64,000 nucleotides of DNA from Hyalangium minutum (GCF_000737315.1 NZ_JMCB01000006.1:372001-436000); one strand, 5' to 3'. Positions 1 through 10,087 are shown, numbered from the stretch's first letter. Notes: a model not told the origin generated them from the letters alone. Translations and numbers: made by a program.

Positions 1-1
1 G

Positions 2-1498
2 GGCAACCTCTCGGTGGAGGACGCGGCTCGAGCGTGGGTGCGCGGCATGCAGCAGGTGGCCTCCGGCCTGCAGACCGAGATGCTCCAGCGCATCACCTTC
101 GTGGAGGTGGACGCGGCCAAGGCGCGGGCGCTCCAGCAGGCGCTGGCGAACGAGGCGGCCCGGCTGCGCTCGGATCCGCGTCTGGAGCTCGACTTCGAGC
201 CCCTGTCACCCGCGGAGCTGCGCCGCACCCTGAAGTTCCCGAAGGAGCGCATCGCTGGCCCGCGCGCCGAGCGCAACCCCATCCCCACGCGCGTGACGCT
301 GGCGCTGGAGCACAAGCGCTACCGCTTCGGCGCCATCACCGAGGGCGCGGCCATCCCCGAGCGGGAGGTGCCCATCGATCCGCTGCTGGTGATGCAGGCC
401 AACGACGAGCTGGCCGCGGAGTGGAAGCCAACCAAGCAGCTCTACCATGGGCAGTTCCTGGAGCGGCTGCTCGTGCCCGCGGAGCTGCGCGCGGAGTTCT
501 ACCGGCACCGGGAGAGCCCGGTGGTGCTGATGCTGGACGCCTCCACGGCGCGCGTGCACTGGGAGGCGCTCGCCCAGTCAGACGCGGAGATTCCCGCGCA
601 GGAGCTCTCGGACAATGTGGAGGCCTCGCTCGAGCTCTTCCTGGGGACGAGCCGTGGGCTGACGCGCCAGCTTCGGACCACGTTCGCACCGCCACCCGAA
701 CCCCCGCCGCCGCCGCGCAAGGTGCTACGGGTGCTGGTGGTGGCAGACCCCGCCGAGGACAACCACCTGCCGGGCGCCGAGCAGGAGGGGCTGGAGGTGG
801 CTGACCTCTTCGAGGCCTTCAACCGCGTCTACGCGCAGGGGCCCAACCGGGTGGAGGTGGTGAAGCTGTTCGGGCCGCATGACGCGACACGGACCAACGT
901 GCTGCGCCACCTTCTGATGAAGACGGAGCCCTACGACGTGCTCCACTACGCGGGCCACTGCATCTACGACGAGGCGGACAAGGCCGCTTCGGGCTGGCTC
1001 TTCAGCCGGGGCGAGCGCCTCACGGCCAACGAGCTGCGGCGCCTGGATCGGATTCCACCCTTCGTCTTCTCCAACGCGTGCGAGTCCGGAAAGACGCCAG
1101 ACCGCTCGGAGCTGCGCTCGGTGGAGCTGGCACCCAACTTCGCCGAGTCCTTCTTCGCTCGCGGGGTGTCGAACTTCGTGTGCACGGCCTGGCCGGTGGA
1201 TGACTTCGCGGCACGCCAGTTCGCGCTCACGCTCTACGGGGGGCTGCTGGGCCTGCGGCGCCAGGAGGACCACTACGTGAAGGGCCCGATGCTGCCCATG
1301 CACGCAGCCATGATGGCGGCACGGCGGGCCATCGCGACCACCTCCTCCGGGACACGGACGTGGGGCGCATACCAGCACTACGGAAGCCCCTTCCTCCGCC
1401 TCTTCGAGCCCTCCGCCTTCCGGGAGCCCTCACCCACCCCACCCGCTCGCGCGAAGAAGTCCACCCCAGCCCGGCGGAAGCACCCAGCACGGCGGTGA
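2..1498 (+). CDS. CHAT-domain (caspase-like, clan CD) protein, 5'-truncated at window edge
   Basis: Frame is open from position 2 (GNLSVEDAAR...). CHAT motifs VLVVADP..DL.GAEQEG, VLHYAGH (His) and VFSNACES (Cys) are present. Confidence 0.85.
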   Translation, partial: GNLSVEDAARAWVRGMQQVASGLQTEMLQRITFVEVDAAKARALQQALANEAARLRSDPRLELDFEPLSPAELRRTLKFPKERIAGPRAERNPIPTRVTLALEHKRYRFGAITEGAAIPEREVPIDPLLVMQANDELAAEWKPTKQLYHGQFLERLLVPAELRAEFYRHRESPVVLMLDASTARVHWEALAQSDAEIPAQELSDNVEASLELFLGTSRGLTRQLRTTFAPPPEPPPPPRKVLRVLVVADPAEDNHLPGAEQEGLEVADLFEAFNRVYAQGPNRVEVVKLFGPHDATRTNVLRHLLMKTEPYDVLHYAGHCIYDEADKAASGWLFSRGERLTANELRRLDRIPPFVFSNACESGKTPDRSELRSVELAPNFAESFFARGVSNFVCTAWPVDDFAARQFALTLYGGLLGLRRQEDHYVKGPMLPMHAAMMAARRAIATTSSGTRTWGAYQHYGSPFLRLFEPSAFREPSPTPPARAKKSTPARRKHPARR

Positions 1499-1505
1499 GG
1501 AGGGG

Positions 1506-1619
1506 GTGCCCGGCACCACGCTGGCCAGCGCCGTGCTCGCAGGAGGGTTCCTCCTGGGCACGGCGGTGGTCCTGGTGCTCGCGCTGCGCGGGGTCACCTT
1601 CGAGCGGCTGCTGCGCTGA
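1506..1619 (+). CDS. Small single-pass membrane protein, 37 aa (MPGTTLASAVLAGGFLLGTAVVLVLALRGVTFERLLR)
   Basis: GTG at 1506 follows GAGGAGG, 7 nt after the CHAT stop. One ~22-aa hydrophobic stretch, GC3-rich codons, TGA at 1617-1619. Below the ORF-track cutoff. Confidence 0.6.
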   Translation: MPGTTLASAVLAGGFLLGTAVVLVLALRGVTFERLLR

Positions 1620-1625
1620 CGCCTC

Positions 1626-2327
1626 TCACTTCCCCGGCGGCAGGGGCAGGTACATCCCGAAGTTGGTGGTGTCCCGGTAGCCCATGCGCAGGTACACGGG
1701 GTGGCCCGCGTCGGTGGCGTGGAGCACCGTGCGATCGATACCCCAGTCCTTCTTGGCCATCTCCAGGCCGTAGCGCATGACGGCCTCGGCGTAGCCGCGC
1801 CGCCGGTACTCCGCGAGCGTGGCCACGAAGCCCACGTAGGCAACGCCGTCGACGTTGGTGACGGACGTCACCGAGACCGCCCTGCCCTCCACGTAGCCCA
1901 CGTAGCCACGGCACTCGTTCGCGAAGATGGCGGGTTGAACGACCGCCTCTCGCGCGTCCTCCAGCGGCGAGCCGTAGGCGTAGGCGTTGATGTCCGCCAT
2001 GTGGCGGATGGCCTCCGCCTCGGTGGCCCGGTGGACCTCGACGGGAGGCAGGGGCCGGGTGAGAGGCGCGAGCTGCTCGGCCACCATGCCCTGGGCGTTC
2101 ATGGCCCGTCCCATCCCGTGTGCCGCGAAGATGGCGGGCGCCGCCTCCTTCACGTTCGGGGGCAGCCACTCATCGCACGCGATATAGAGCCACCCGGCCT
2201 TGTTGAAGGCCAGATGACGCGCTGCGGTGGCCACGGAGCGCTCCAGCTCCTCCGGCGTCTCCACGGGCTTCGGGAGGAAGGCCGCGTTCATCATGGTCCA
2301 CGGGGCATTCGCGGAGGCGATGTACAC
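1626..2327 (-). CDS. GNAT-family N-acetyltransferase
   Basis: Acetyl-CoA motif VATLAEYRRRGYAEAVM and C-terminal LHATDAGHPVYLRMGY. The start may lie a few codons upstream. Confidence 0.85.
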   Translation of the reverse strand: MYIASANAPWTMMNAAFLPKPVETPEELERSVATAARHLAFNKAGWLYIACDEWLPPNVKEAAPAIFAAHGMGRAMNAQGMVAEQLAPLTRPLPPVEVHRATEAEAIRHMADINAYAYGSPLEDAREAVVQPAIFANECRGYVGYVEGRAVSVTSVTNVDGVAYVGFVATLAEYRRRGYAEAVMRYGLEMAKKDWGIDRTVLHATDAGHPVYLRMGYRDTTNFGMYLPLPPGK

Positions 2328-2507
2328 CTCGGGCGTATCAATCAGTGCCCCCTGGGGACAGGTGACAGCGAAGTGACGCCAGGCGTGACGGAACTGAGCG
2401 TTGGACTCCAGAGTTTCGGTGGTGGACAGGACAAGCCTCCAAGCAAGGGGGGACCCTCATCCTATCGAAGGAGGAGGCTGCCCACACCCATGGGGTCGGG
2501 TGCTTGC

Positions 2508-3014
2508 TCACTGACGGTTCAGGTACGACGCGTGACAGGAGACGCATGTCTCCACGAGGCGGCCATAGCTGTCGGCCAGCGCCTTGTCGTCCTTCTTCTC
2601 GGCGGCGGTGGCGACGGCCTGGGCCCGGCTGCGGGCCTCGTCCTGGAGGACGAAGAAGCGCTCGGGCAGCAGGGCGTTCAGGTCGTCCTCTCCCCCAGCG
2701 ATGGGGCGAACCAGCCTCGGCTCGGTCGAGATGCGCTGGGCGGCGGCCTTGGCCGCGTCGTACTGGAGCAGGGTCACCGCGAACATAAGGTCGCGGGCAT
2801 CCTGGCCGTGGCGCTCCATCTTCTTGCGGAGCAGGGCCCGGGCGGTCTCGGGAAGATAATCGGGCGGGGGAAGACCCGCCGTCTGGGTATCGGCGGCCTT
2901 CTTGGCGGTCTGGCCATTCTTGGGCTTGGGCGGCTCCGCGGCGGCATGGAAGAAGAATCCGGCGCACAGGAGCCCGGCGAGAACGAAAGGACGGCGAGAA
3001 CGAAGGCGTTTCAT
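2508..3014 (-). CDS. Exported class II (cytochrome c'-like) monoheme cytochrome c
   Basis: N-terminal signal peptide, helical body and one C-terminal CVSCH heme motif. Confidence 0.75.
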   Translation of the reverse strand: MKRLRSRRPFVLAGLLCAGFFFHAAAEPPKPKNGQTAKKAADTQTAGLPPPDYLPETARALLRKKMERHGQDARDLMFAVTLLQYDAAKAAAQRISTEPRLVRPIAGGEDDLNALLPERFFVLQDEARSRAQAVATAAEKKDDKALADSYGRLVETCVSCHASYLNRQ

Positions 3015-3177
3015 GCAGTGATCCTCCCGGCGCGGAGTGTATGCACGGAGGTGAAGCGGATCTGCTGGCCTCTCGGGTAGCCCGTGAGGACCGCAACAGT
3101 CAGCGACCTCGCGGGGCTCCCTTTTGTGTCAGCCCGGCCCGCTACTTTGGGTTCCGGCACGAAGGAGATTCCCCCGC

Positions 3178-4278
3178 ATGGCCCCATTTCCGGACGTGCT
3201 CCCGCTCGCCGAGGTGCCCCTGTTCGTGGAGTACCTCTTGCGCGAGTTCGGTGAGCCCTGCTCCCTCCGAGACGCCCCCGTTCAGCGCTCCTCCGAGCGC
3301 TCTTCCACGATGCCCCCCATGGAGTGGAACGTCTCCACATGGACACCCGGCCGCTGGGAAGTGCGCCTGTGCCGGCCCACCGCGCCCACCACGGAGCCTC
3401 GGCTCCAGATGAAGTCCCCCGAAGGTTGGTCCCTGCGCTGCACGGGGATGAAGCTCGGGCTGACCCGCTTCCGCATCGACGCGGACAGCGACACGTGGAC
3501 GCGCATCGACGAGGCCATTCAGAAGTTCTGGTCCCCCGAGCTGGACTGGAGCTGGCCTCCCAGCGCGCCCAAGAAGTGGCGCAAGTTTCCCTGCCGCAAG
3601 CCCACCGTCAGCATCGTCCGCCATGCGGATGTCATCCCCGGCGGCGAGGTGCTCCTCACGGGGCTCGCGCCCCAGCAGTTCTCCTTCGTGCTGAGCGTGT
3701 CCGGCGAGGGCCGCCCGCTGCCCGTCACCTTCTTAGGCCCTCTGGGGCTCCGGTCCTCGGGCAGCTCCGAGCGGTGGCGCTGCGAGCTGAAGCCCGGCGC
3801 TCCCCTGCCCCGCCTCGCGGATGTGTTCCCGGGCGCCACCGAGCACCCCTATGAGCTGCTGCCAGACGCGCCCAAGCGGGACCGGCTGCTGGAGGAGGGG
3901 GACATGCACGGCCTGCTCGTCACACGCCGGGGCGGCCCTGGGCGGGAGCTTCATGAGGTTCACCTCTCGCTGGGAGACCTCGTGCGAGAGTGCCGGTTCG
4001 TGCTCGGGCCGCCGGAGCAGGTGGCGGCGCTGGTGCCAGAGGATCCGACAGTGTGGACCGTGGAGTGGGCGGTCAACGGCAACTACAACTACGTGGCTGG
4101 CTACCCGGGCAGTTTCTCCAGCGTCTTCGGACGCTCCCTGCCGCCCGCGCCGGGGGCTCCTCGCACCTACGAGCTGCTGCTGCACGGGCTCTCGGAGTCA
4201 GCCTCCCAGGCCTGGGAAGCCCGTCTGGCCGACGGGGGGCTCGCCCTGCGCGAGCGGCAACCCATTCGAGGCCACTGA
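3178..4278 (+). CDS. Hypothetical protein
   Basis: Long ORF with host-like codon usage filling the gap. ATG 3178 is preferred over the track start at 3124. No motif recognised. Confidence 0.65.
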   Translation: MAPFPDVLPLAEVPLFVEYLLREFGEPCSLRDAPVQRSSERSSTMPPMEWNVSTWTPGRWEVRLCRPTAPTTEPRLQMKSPEGWSLRCTGMKLGLTRFRIDADSDTWTRIDEAIQKFWSPELDWSWPPSAPKKWRKFPCRKPTVSIVRHADVIPGGEVLLTGLAPQQFSFVLSVSGEGRPLPVTFLGPLGLRSSGSSERWRCELKPGAPLPRLADVFPGATEHPYELLPDAPKRDRLLEEGDMHGLLVTRRGGPGRELHEVHLSLGDLVRECRFVLGPPEQVAALVPEDPTVWTVEWAVNGNYNYVAGYPGSFSSVFGRSLPPAPGAPRTYELLLHGLSESASQAWEARLADGGLALRERQPIRGH

Positions 4279-4308
4279 AGCGCACGCGGCTGTGTCAGGC
4301 TCCCAGGG

Positions 4309-5331
4309 ATGACGCCCTATGCCGTGCTCGAGGAGCGGGCCCGTGCTGTCCTCCCGGAGCCCGTGTTCGACTACTACGCCGGTGGCTCGGGAGACGAAGA
4401 GACGCTCGCGGCCAACGCCCGCGCCTGGAGCGCGGTGCGACTGCGCCCCCGGGTCCTCCGGGACGTGAGCCGCGTGGACACGTCCACCACGGTGCTCGGC
4501 ACGCGGGTGTCGGCTCCGGTGCTGGTGGCGCCCATGGCCTTCCACCGGCTGGCCCATCCCTCGGGCGAGCTCGCGACGGCCGAGGGCACCTCCACGGCCG
4601 GGAGCCTGCTGGTGCTCTCCACCCGCTCCTCTACCCGCATCGAGTCCGTTGCGAAGGTCTCCGGGCCTTGGTGGTTTCAGGCCTATGTGCTCCAGGATCG
4701 CTCGCTCACGAAGGACCTCGTCCAGCGGGCCGCGGCGGCGGGGGCGCGGGCGCTCGTGCTCACGGGAGACACACCGTACGTGGGGCGCAAGCGCCGGGAC
4801 CGGGGCAGCCTCGCCATTCCGGACGAGGACTTCCGCGCCAACCTGGAGCGGCTCACGGACCTCACCCTGGCCGAGCAGGCCTCGAACGTCACCTTTGATG
4901 ACATCGGCTGGCTGCGCGAGCTGTCGGGGCTGCCTGTGCTGGTGAAGGGCGTGCTGCGCGGCGACGATGCGTCCCGCTGTGTCCAAGCAGGCGCCACCGG
5001 GGTGGTGGTCTCCAACCACGGGGGCCGTCAGCTGGACGGCGCGGTGGCCTCGGCGGAGGCCCTGCCCGAGGTCGTGAACGCCCTCGAAGGACGCGGCGAG
5101 GTGTTCGTGGACGGCGGAGTCCGCAGTGGCCGGGACGTGGTGCGCGCCCTGGCGCTCGGGGCTCGGGCCGTGCTCGTGGGACGGCCGGTGCTCTGGGGGC
5201 TCGCGACCGAGGGAGCAGCGGGCGTCCGCCGCGTGCTCACGGAGCTTCAGGAGGACACGGCGCACGTGATGGCGCTCGCGGGCGCGGCCACAGTGGCCGA
5301 AGTCTCCGCGGACCTCGTCTGGACTCCATAG
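4309..5331 (+). CDS. FMN-dependent alpha-hydroxy acid oxidase/dehydrogenase
   Basis: FDYYAGGSGDE, PVLVAPMA, LVKGVL, SNHGGRQLD (catalytic His/Arg) and DGGVRSGRDV. Confidence 0.93.
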   Translation: MTPYAVLEERARAVLPEPVFDYYAGGSGDEETLAANARAWSAVRLRPRVLRDVSRVDTSTTVLGTRVSAPVLVAPMAFHRLAHPSGELATAEGTSTAGSLLVLSTRSSTRIESVAKVSGPWWFQAYVLQDRSLTKDLVQRAAAAGARALVLTGDTPYVGRKRRDRGSLAIPDEDFRANLERLTDLTLAEQASNVTFDDIGWLRELSGLPVLVKGVLRGDDASRCVQAGATGVVVSNHGGRQLDGAVASAEALPEVVNALEGRGEVFVDGGVRSGRDVVRALALGARAVLVGRPVLWGLATEGAAGVRRVLTELQEDTAHVMALAGAATVAEVSADLVWTP

Positions 5332-5578
5332 CCTGGGTGGGGCGAATCCAGTTTGTCCTTCAACTTCTCAGGCAGCCACCAGCGCGAGGAGCAGGCGGGA
5401 TACCCCTTTTGTCCCCCTGCCCAGTCCGTTCGGACCCGGCATCCCCCCCAGCAGGGTGGATTTTCGCCGCGCGCTCATTGACTCCTTACGTTGTCCCCAC
5501 AGACGATTCGGTTCTGAACGGTCCATCCGCTAAGGTGGACGTTCCTCCGCTCCAATCCGTAACTGAGGTGAACACCGA

Positions 5579-8500
5579 ATGATGAAACGGGTGTTGATTT
5601 CGGGGTGCGCTGTCGCGCTCCTCGCATCCGAAGCCATGGCCCAGGACACGAGCACGGCCGCGCAGGCGCCCCAGACGCCTGCCGCCGCTTCTGCTCCCGA
5701 GGCCCCCGCGGCGCCTTCCGAGGCCGCCCCCACCCCTGCCCCGGCGGCTCCGGCTGCCTCGACGCAGACCGCGGCCCCTGGCATGCGCATGCTGCGCGGC
5801 CGGACGTTCGACAAGACGTCCAATGACGGTGTCCCCCTGGTGCGCGTCATCATCAAGGGCACCACGAAGGGCACGGAGACGGACGTCAACGGCTACTTCA
5901 CCCTGGAGATCCCCGAGGGTGCCGTCGTCCTCGACATCTCCAGCCAGGACTACAAGCAGCGCGACGTGCTGGTGCCGCCCGCCCAGAAGACCGTCAACAT
6001 CCCGTTGGACTCGAGCTTCACCGAGGAGCTCGTCGTCGTGGGCCGCGCCTCGGAAGTGGCCCGTAAGAACCTGGCCAACTCCGTGGCCACGGTGAACGCC
6101 GAGGCCCTCAACCGCGCCCCGGCCGCCACGGTGGACCAGGCCATCCAGGGCAAGGTGGCTGGCGCCAACATCCAGTCCAACTCGGGCGCGCCCGGCGGCG
6201 GCATGCAGATGCGGCTGCGCGGCGTGTCCACCATCACGGGCTCCACCGCCCCGCTCTACGTCATCGACGGCGTCATCATCAGTGACGTGGCCATCGCCTC
6301 GGGCGTCTACCAGGTGACGGCCTCCACGGGTGGCTCCAACCCACAGCCCACCCAGGACAACCAGGTCAACCGCGTCGCGGACATCAACCCCAACGACATC
6401 GAGAGCATCGAGATTCTCAAGGGTGCGTCCGCCGCCGCCATCTACGGCTCCAAGGCCAGCAACGGCGTGGTCATCATCAACACCAAGCGCGGCAAGGCCG
6501 GAGACGGCCCCCGGGTGGACGTCACCCAGCGCCTGGGCATGTACACGCTGGCCAACAAGGTGGGCTCGCGCATCTTCGCCTCCGAGGATGAGGCAGTCGC
6601 GACCTTCGGCGAGCAGGCGCGTGAGTACTACCGCCAGGGCCAGACGTTTGACCACGAGTCGGAGCTGGCCGGCCGCCGGGACTTGTCCTACGAGACGGTG
6701 GCCACCGTGAGCGGCGCCTCCGGAGACACGCGCTACTTCGGCTCGGCCATGGTGAAGGACGACAACGGCATCATCGGCCACACCGGCTACGAGAAGCAGT
6801 CCTTCCGCCTGAACGTGGGGCAGAAGCTGGGCGAGCGGGTGGACGTGTCGGCCTCGGCCAACCTCATCCACACGCAGAGCGACCGCGGCATCACCAACAA
6901 CGACAACGCCGGCATCACCTACCACATGGTGCTGCCGTTCACGCCGAGCTTCTACAACCTGAAGCCCAACGCGGACGGCACCTACCCCGCCAACCCGTTC
7001 CTCTCCAGTACCTCCAACCCGCTGCAGACGGCCGCGCTGGTGCGGAACGACGAGAACGTGTGGCGCATCATCGCCTCCGGTGATGCCACGGTGAACGTCT
7101 ACAAGGACAAGACCAGCGAGCTGCGCGTCCTGGCCAACTTCGGCCTGGACCGCTTCCAGCAGGAGAACAACGTCCTCTTCCCCACCGAGCTGAACTTCAT
7201 TCCGCCGGCCGACAGCGATCTGAAGGGCACCTCGCTGGCCGGCACCAGCCAGGTGCGCAACCTGAACGGTGGCCTGAACGTCGTCTACAACCTGAAGCCC
7301 GAGGGCACCGGCATCAACTCCAACACCTCGGCCGGCGTCTCCCTGGAGGAGCGGGCCCTGGACTCGCTCTACGTCGCCAGCCGCGGCCTGACGCCGGGCC
7401 AGGCCAACGTGGACCTGGGCCGGAAGGTCGAGGTGCTGCAGGACCGCCAGTTCGTGCGCGACCGCGGCTACTACCTGCAGGAGGAGGCCATCCTCCTGGA
7501 TGAGCGGCTGACGCTCATTGGCGCGCTGCGTGCCGAGCAGAGCAGCAACAACGGCAACGCCAACAAGCTGTTCATGTACCCCAAGCTCGCCACCGCCTAC
7601 CGCGTGCCCTCGTTCAGCCCGCAGGTGGACGAGTTCAAGGTGCGCCTGGCGTACGGTGAGACGGGCAACCAGCCCCTCTACGGCCAGAAGTACAGCCAGC
7701 TGCTGGCCAGCAACACCATTGGCGGCAACTCCGGCCTCATCGGCAGCGGCGTCGCGGGCGATCCGGACATCCACCCCGAGCGCCAGCGCGAGGTGGAGGC
7801 CGGCCTGGACGCCGTCTTCATGGGCGGCAACATCGTCACCGAGTTCTCCGTCTACCAGCGCAACATCAGCGACCTGCTGCTGCTGCGGAGCCCCGCGCCC
7901 TCCACCGGCTTCACCACCCAGTACACCAACGGTGGCTCGATGCGTAACCGCGGCGTCGAGGTCATGGTCCAGCTCAACCCGTTCAACGGCGGCGAGTTCG
8001 AGTGGGTCTCCAACACCACCTTCACCATCAACCGCAGCCAGGTGACGGACCTGCCGGTGCCCGCCTTCAACATGGGCGGCTTCGGCACCAGCCTGGGCAC
8101 CTTCCGCATCGAGAAGGGCAAGAGCGCCACGCAGATCGTCGGCAACTCCGGCCTGAATCCGGACGGCACCTGCTGCGCGCTGAAGAAGCTGGGCGACACC
8201 GAGCCGGACTTCCGGATGGGCTTCTCCAACACCTTCCGGTACCGGGGCTTCAGCCTGTCCTTCCTGCTGGACTGGCAGCAGGGCAGCGAGATCATCAACC
8301 TCACCCGCTTCATCTACGACTTGGGCCAGAACACGCCGGACTTCGCGCAGAACGGGGAGCAGCGCCTGAAGGACCAGGCCACCAACGCGGGCGTCTACAT
8401 CGAGGACGCCACCTTCCTGAAGCTGCGTGAGATTACGCTCACCTACCAGCTGCCGGACGCGTGGGTGGCGCAGGTGCCCAAGGTGAAGAGCGCGCGGCTG

Positions 8501-8656
8501 TCCTTCAGCGCCCGCAACGTGTTCACCCTCACCGGCTACACGGGGTTGGACCCGGAGGTGAGCAACTTCGGCAACCAGGCCATCGCCCGCAACATCGACG
8601 TGGCTCCGTTCCCGCCGAGCCGCAGCTTCTGGACGTCTATCGATGTGGGGTTCTAA
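5579..8656 (+). CDS. SusC/RagA-family TonB-dependent outer-membrane transporter
   Basis: Signal peptide, Pro/Ala linker and N-terminal CarboxypepD_reg-like domain. Plug signature PLYVIDGV...DINPNDIESIEILKGASAAAIYGSKASNGVVIINTKRG. EDATFLKLREITLTY and C-terminal Phe. Confidence 0.93.
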   Translation: MMKRVLISGCAVALLASEAMAQDTSTAAQAPQTPAAASAPEAPAAPSEAAPTPAPAAPAASTQTAAPGMRMLRGRTFDKTSNDGVPLVRVIIKGTTKGTETDVNGYFTLEIPEGAVVLDISSQDYKQRDVLVPPAQKTVNIPLDSSFTEELVVVGRASEVARKNLANSVATVNAEALNRAPAATVDQAIQGKVAGANIQSNSGAPGGGMQMRLRGVSTITGSTAPLYVIDGVIISDVAIASGVYQVTASTGGSNPQPTQDNQVNRVADINPNDIESIEILKGASAAAIYGSKASNGVVIINTKRGKAGDGPRVDVTQRLGMYTLANKVGSRIFASEDEAVATFGEQAREYYRQGQTFDHESELAGRRDLSYETVATVSGASGDTRYFGSAMVKDDNGIIGHTGYEKQSFRLNVGQKLGERVDVSASANLIHTQSDRGITNNDNAGITYHMVLPFTPSFYNLKPNADGTYPANPFLSSTSNPLQTAALVRNDENVWRIIASGDATVNVYKDKTSELRVLANFGLDRFQQENNVLFPTELNFIPPADSDLKGTSLAGTSQVRNLNGGLNVVYNLKPEGTGINSNTSAGVSLEERALDSLYVASRGLTPGQANVDLGRKVEVLQDRQFVRDRGYYLQEEAILLDERLTLIGALRAEQSSNNGNANKLFMYPKLATAYRVPSFSPQVDEFKVRLAYGETGNQPLYGQKYSQLLASNTIGGNSGLIGSGVAGDPDIHPERQREVEAGLDAVFMGGNIVTEFSVYQRNISDLLLLRSPAPSTGFTTQYTNGGSMRNRGVEVMVQLNPFNGGEFEWVSNTTFTINRSQVTDLPVPAFNMGGFGTSLGTFRIEKGKSATQIVGNSGLNPDGTCCALKKLGDTEPDFRMGFSNTFRYRGFSLSFLLDWQQGSEIINLTRFIYDLGQNTPDFAQNGEQRLKDQATNAGVYIEDATFLKLREITLTYQLPDAWVAQVPKVKSARLSFSARNVFTLTGYTGLDPEVSNFGNQAIARNIDVAPFPPSRSFWTSIDVGF

Positions 8657-8675
8657 CGCCATGAGGAATCCATTC

Positions 8676-10067
8676 ATGAAGAAGACCGTGCTTGTGGCGC
8701 TGTGCGCCTCCTCTCTGGGCCTCGGGGCGTGCGAGCTCGAGTTCCAGGATCTCAACAACCCCAGCCTGGAGTCCCTCCGGGACACGCCCACGCCCGCCGC
8801 TGTGAACTCCGCGGCCACGGGTCTGCTGATCGGCGCCCGCTCTGGTAAGTCGGCCCAGAACGGCTACGTGGCGCACCTGGGCATCCTGGGCCGCGAGTCC
8901 TACACGTTCGACGGCGCGGATCCCCGCTTCGTCACGGAGATGCTGGCCTCGCCCGCGCTGGCCGCGGGCAGCCCGGCCTTCGGCGGCAACCTGTGGGTGC
9001 AGCCCTACGCCAACATCCGCAACGCCAACACCCTGCTCACCGCGGTGGACAAGGTGTCGGGCGTGGCGGACGCGGACAAGGAGGCCATCCGCGGCTTCGC
9101 CAAGACGATGCAGGCGCTGGACTACCTGATGGTGGCCGTCACCCGCGACACCAATGGCGTCGCGTTGGACGTCGGCGGGGGCATCAACGACCTGAAGCCC
9201 CTCGAGAAGGACATGACGAAGGTGTACGCGTACATCGCCGGGCTGCTGGAAGAGTCCAAGGCGCACCTGGAGGCGGCCGGTGACACGTTCCCGTTCCCGC
9301 TCAGCGGCGGCTTCGCGGGCTATGACACGCCGGCCACCTTCGTGAAGTTCAACCGCGCCGTGAAGGCGCGGGTGGAGGCGTACCGGCAGAACTGGACGGG
9401 GGCGCTGGAGGCACTGAGCGGGTCCTTCGTGGACACGGCCAAGCCGCTGACGGAGGGCACCTACTACACCTACGGCGTGGGAACGGGCGACGTCACCAAC
9501 GGGCTCACCAGCCCCGCCATCTACGCGCACCCGTCCATCGTCACGGACGCGCTCCCCAACCCCGACGGGGGAGCCGCCAAGGACCCGGATCGCCAGAAGG
9601 CGGACTGCACGCCGGACGCCGCGCAGCCCTTCAAGTGCCTGGATGACCGCATCTCGGACAAGGTGGAGAAAGTGGCCCTGTCCGCGCCGTACCAGGGGCT
9701 CACCTCCGAGTACCAGTTCAAGATGTACGAGGGCAGCACGGCGTCGGTGCCCATCATCCGCAACGAGGAGCTCATCCTCCTGCGGGCCGAGGCCAACTTC
9801 CAACTGGGGAACCTGACCGCCGCGGAGGAGGACATCAACCTCATCCGCGCGACCGCGGGCGGGCTGCCGCCAGTGACGCTGATCTCGGAGAACGCGGTGG
9901 ACATCCTGCTGGCCGAGCGCCGCTACTCGCTGCTGTTCGAGGGCGGGCACCGGTGGATCGACATGCGCCGCTACAACCGGCTGCAGACCCTGCCCAAGGA
10001 CAAGCCGGAGCACTTCATCCACGAGCGCTTCCCCGTGCCCCAGGCGGAGCAGGACGCGCGTCAATAG
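8676..10067 (+). CDS. RagB/SusD-family surface lipoprotein
   Basis: AGGA RBS before ATG 8676 and lipobox LGAC. SusD C-terminal motifs IIRNEELILLRAEA and ERRYSLLFEGGHRWIDMRRY. Lies directly after susC. Confidence 0.9.
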   Translation: MKKTVLVALCASSLGLGACELEFQDLNNPSLESLRDTPTPAAVNSAATGLLIGARSGKSAQNGYVAHLGILGRESYTFDGADPRFVTEMLASPALAAGSPAFGGNLWVQPYANIRNANTLLTAVDKVSGVADADKEAIRGFAKTMQALDYLMVAVTRDTNGVALDVGGGINDLKPLEKDMTKVYAYIAGLLEESKAHLEAAGDTFPFPLSGGFAGYDTPATFVKFNRAVKARVEAYRQNWTGALEALSGSFVDTAKPLTEGTYYTYGVGTGDVTNGLTSPAIYAHPSIVTDALPNPDGGAAKDPDRQKADCTPDAAQPFKCLDDRISDKVEKVALSAPYQGLTSEYQFKMYEGSTASVPIIRNEELILLRAEANFQLGNLTAAEEDINLIRATAGGLPPVTLISENAVDILLAERRYSLLFEGGHRWIDMRRYNRLQTLPKDKPEHFIHERFPVPQAEQDARQ

Positions 10068-10087
10068 CTGAACGCCCGCCTGCTCCA

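Noticed and set aside
5486-8818. 1110-aa minus-strand ORF and similar long ORFs (8637-10151, 22242-24269, 42110-44767, 48787-50799, 50658-52760, 57810-59843)
   Set aside because: They are antisense shadows of well-supported genes. High GC3 suppresses stop codons on the opposite strand, and the translations carry no family motifs.
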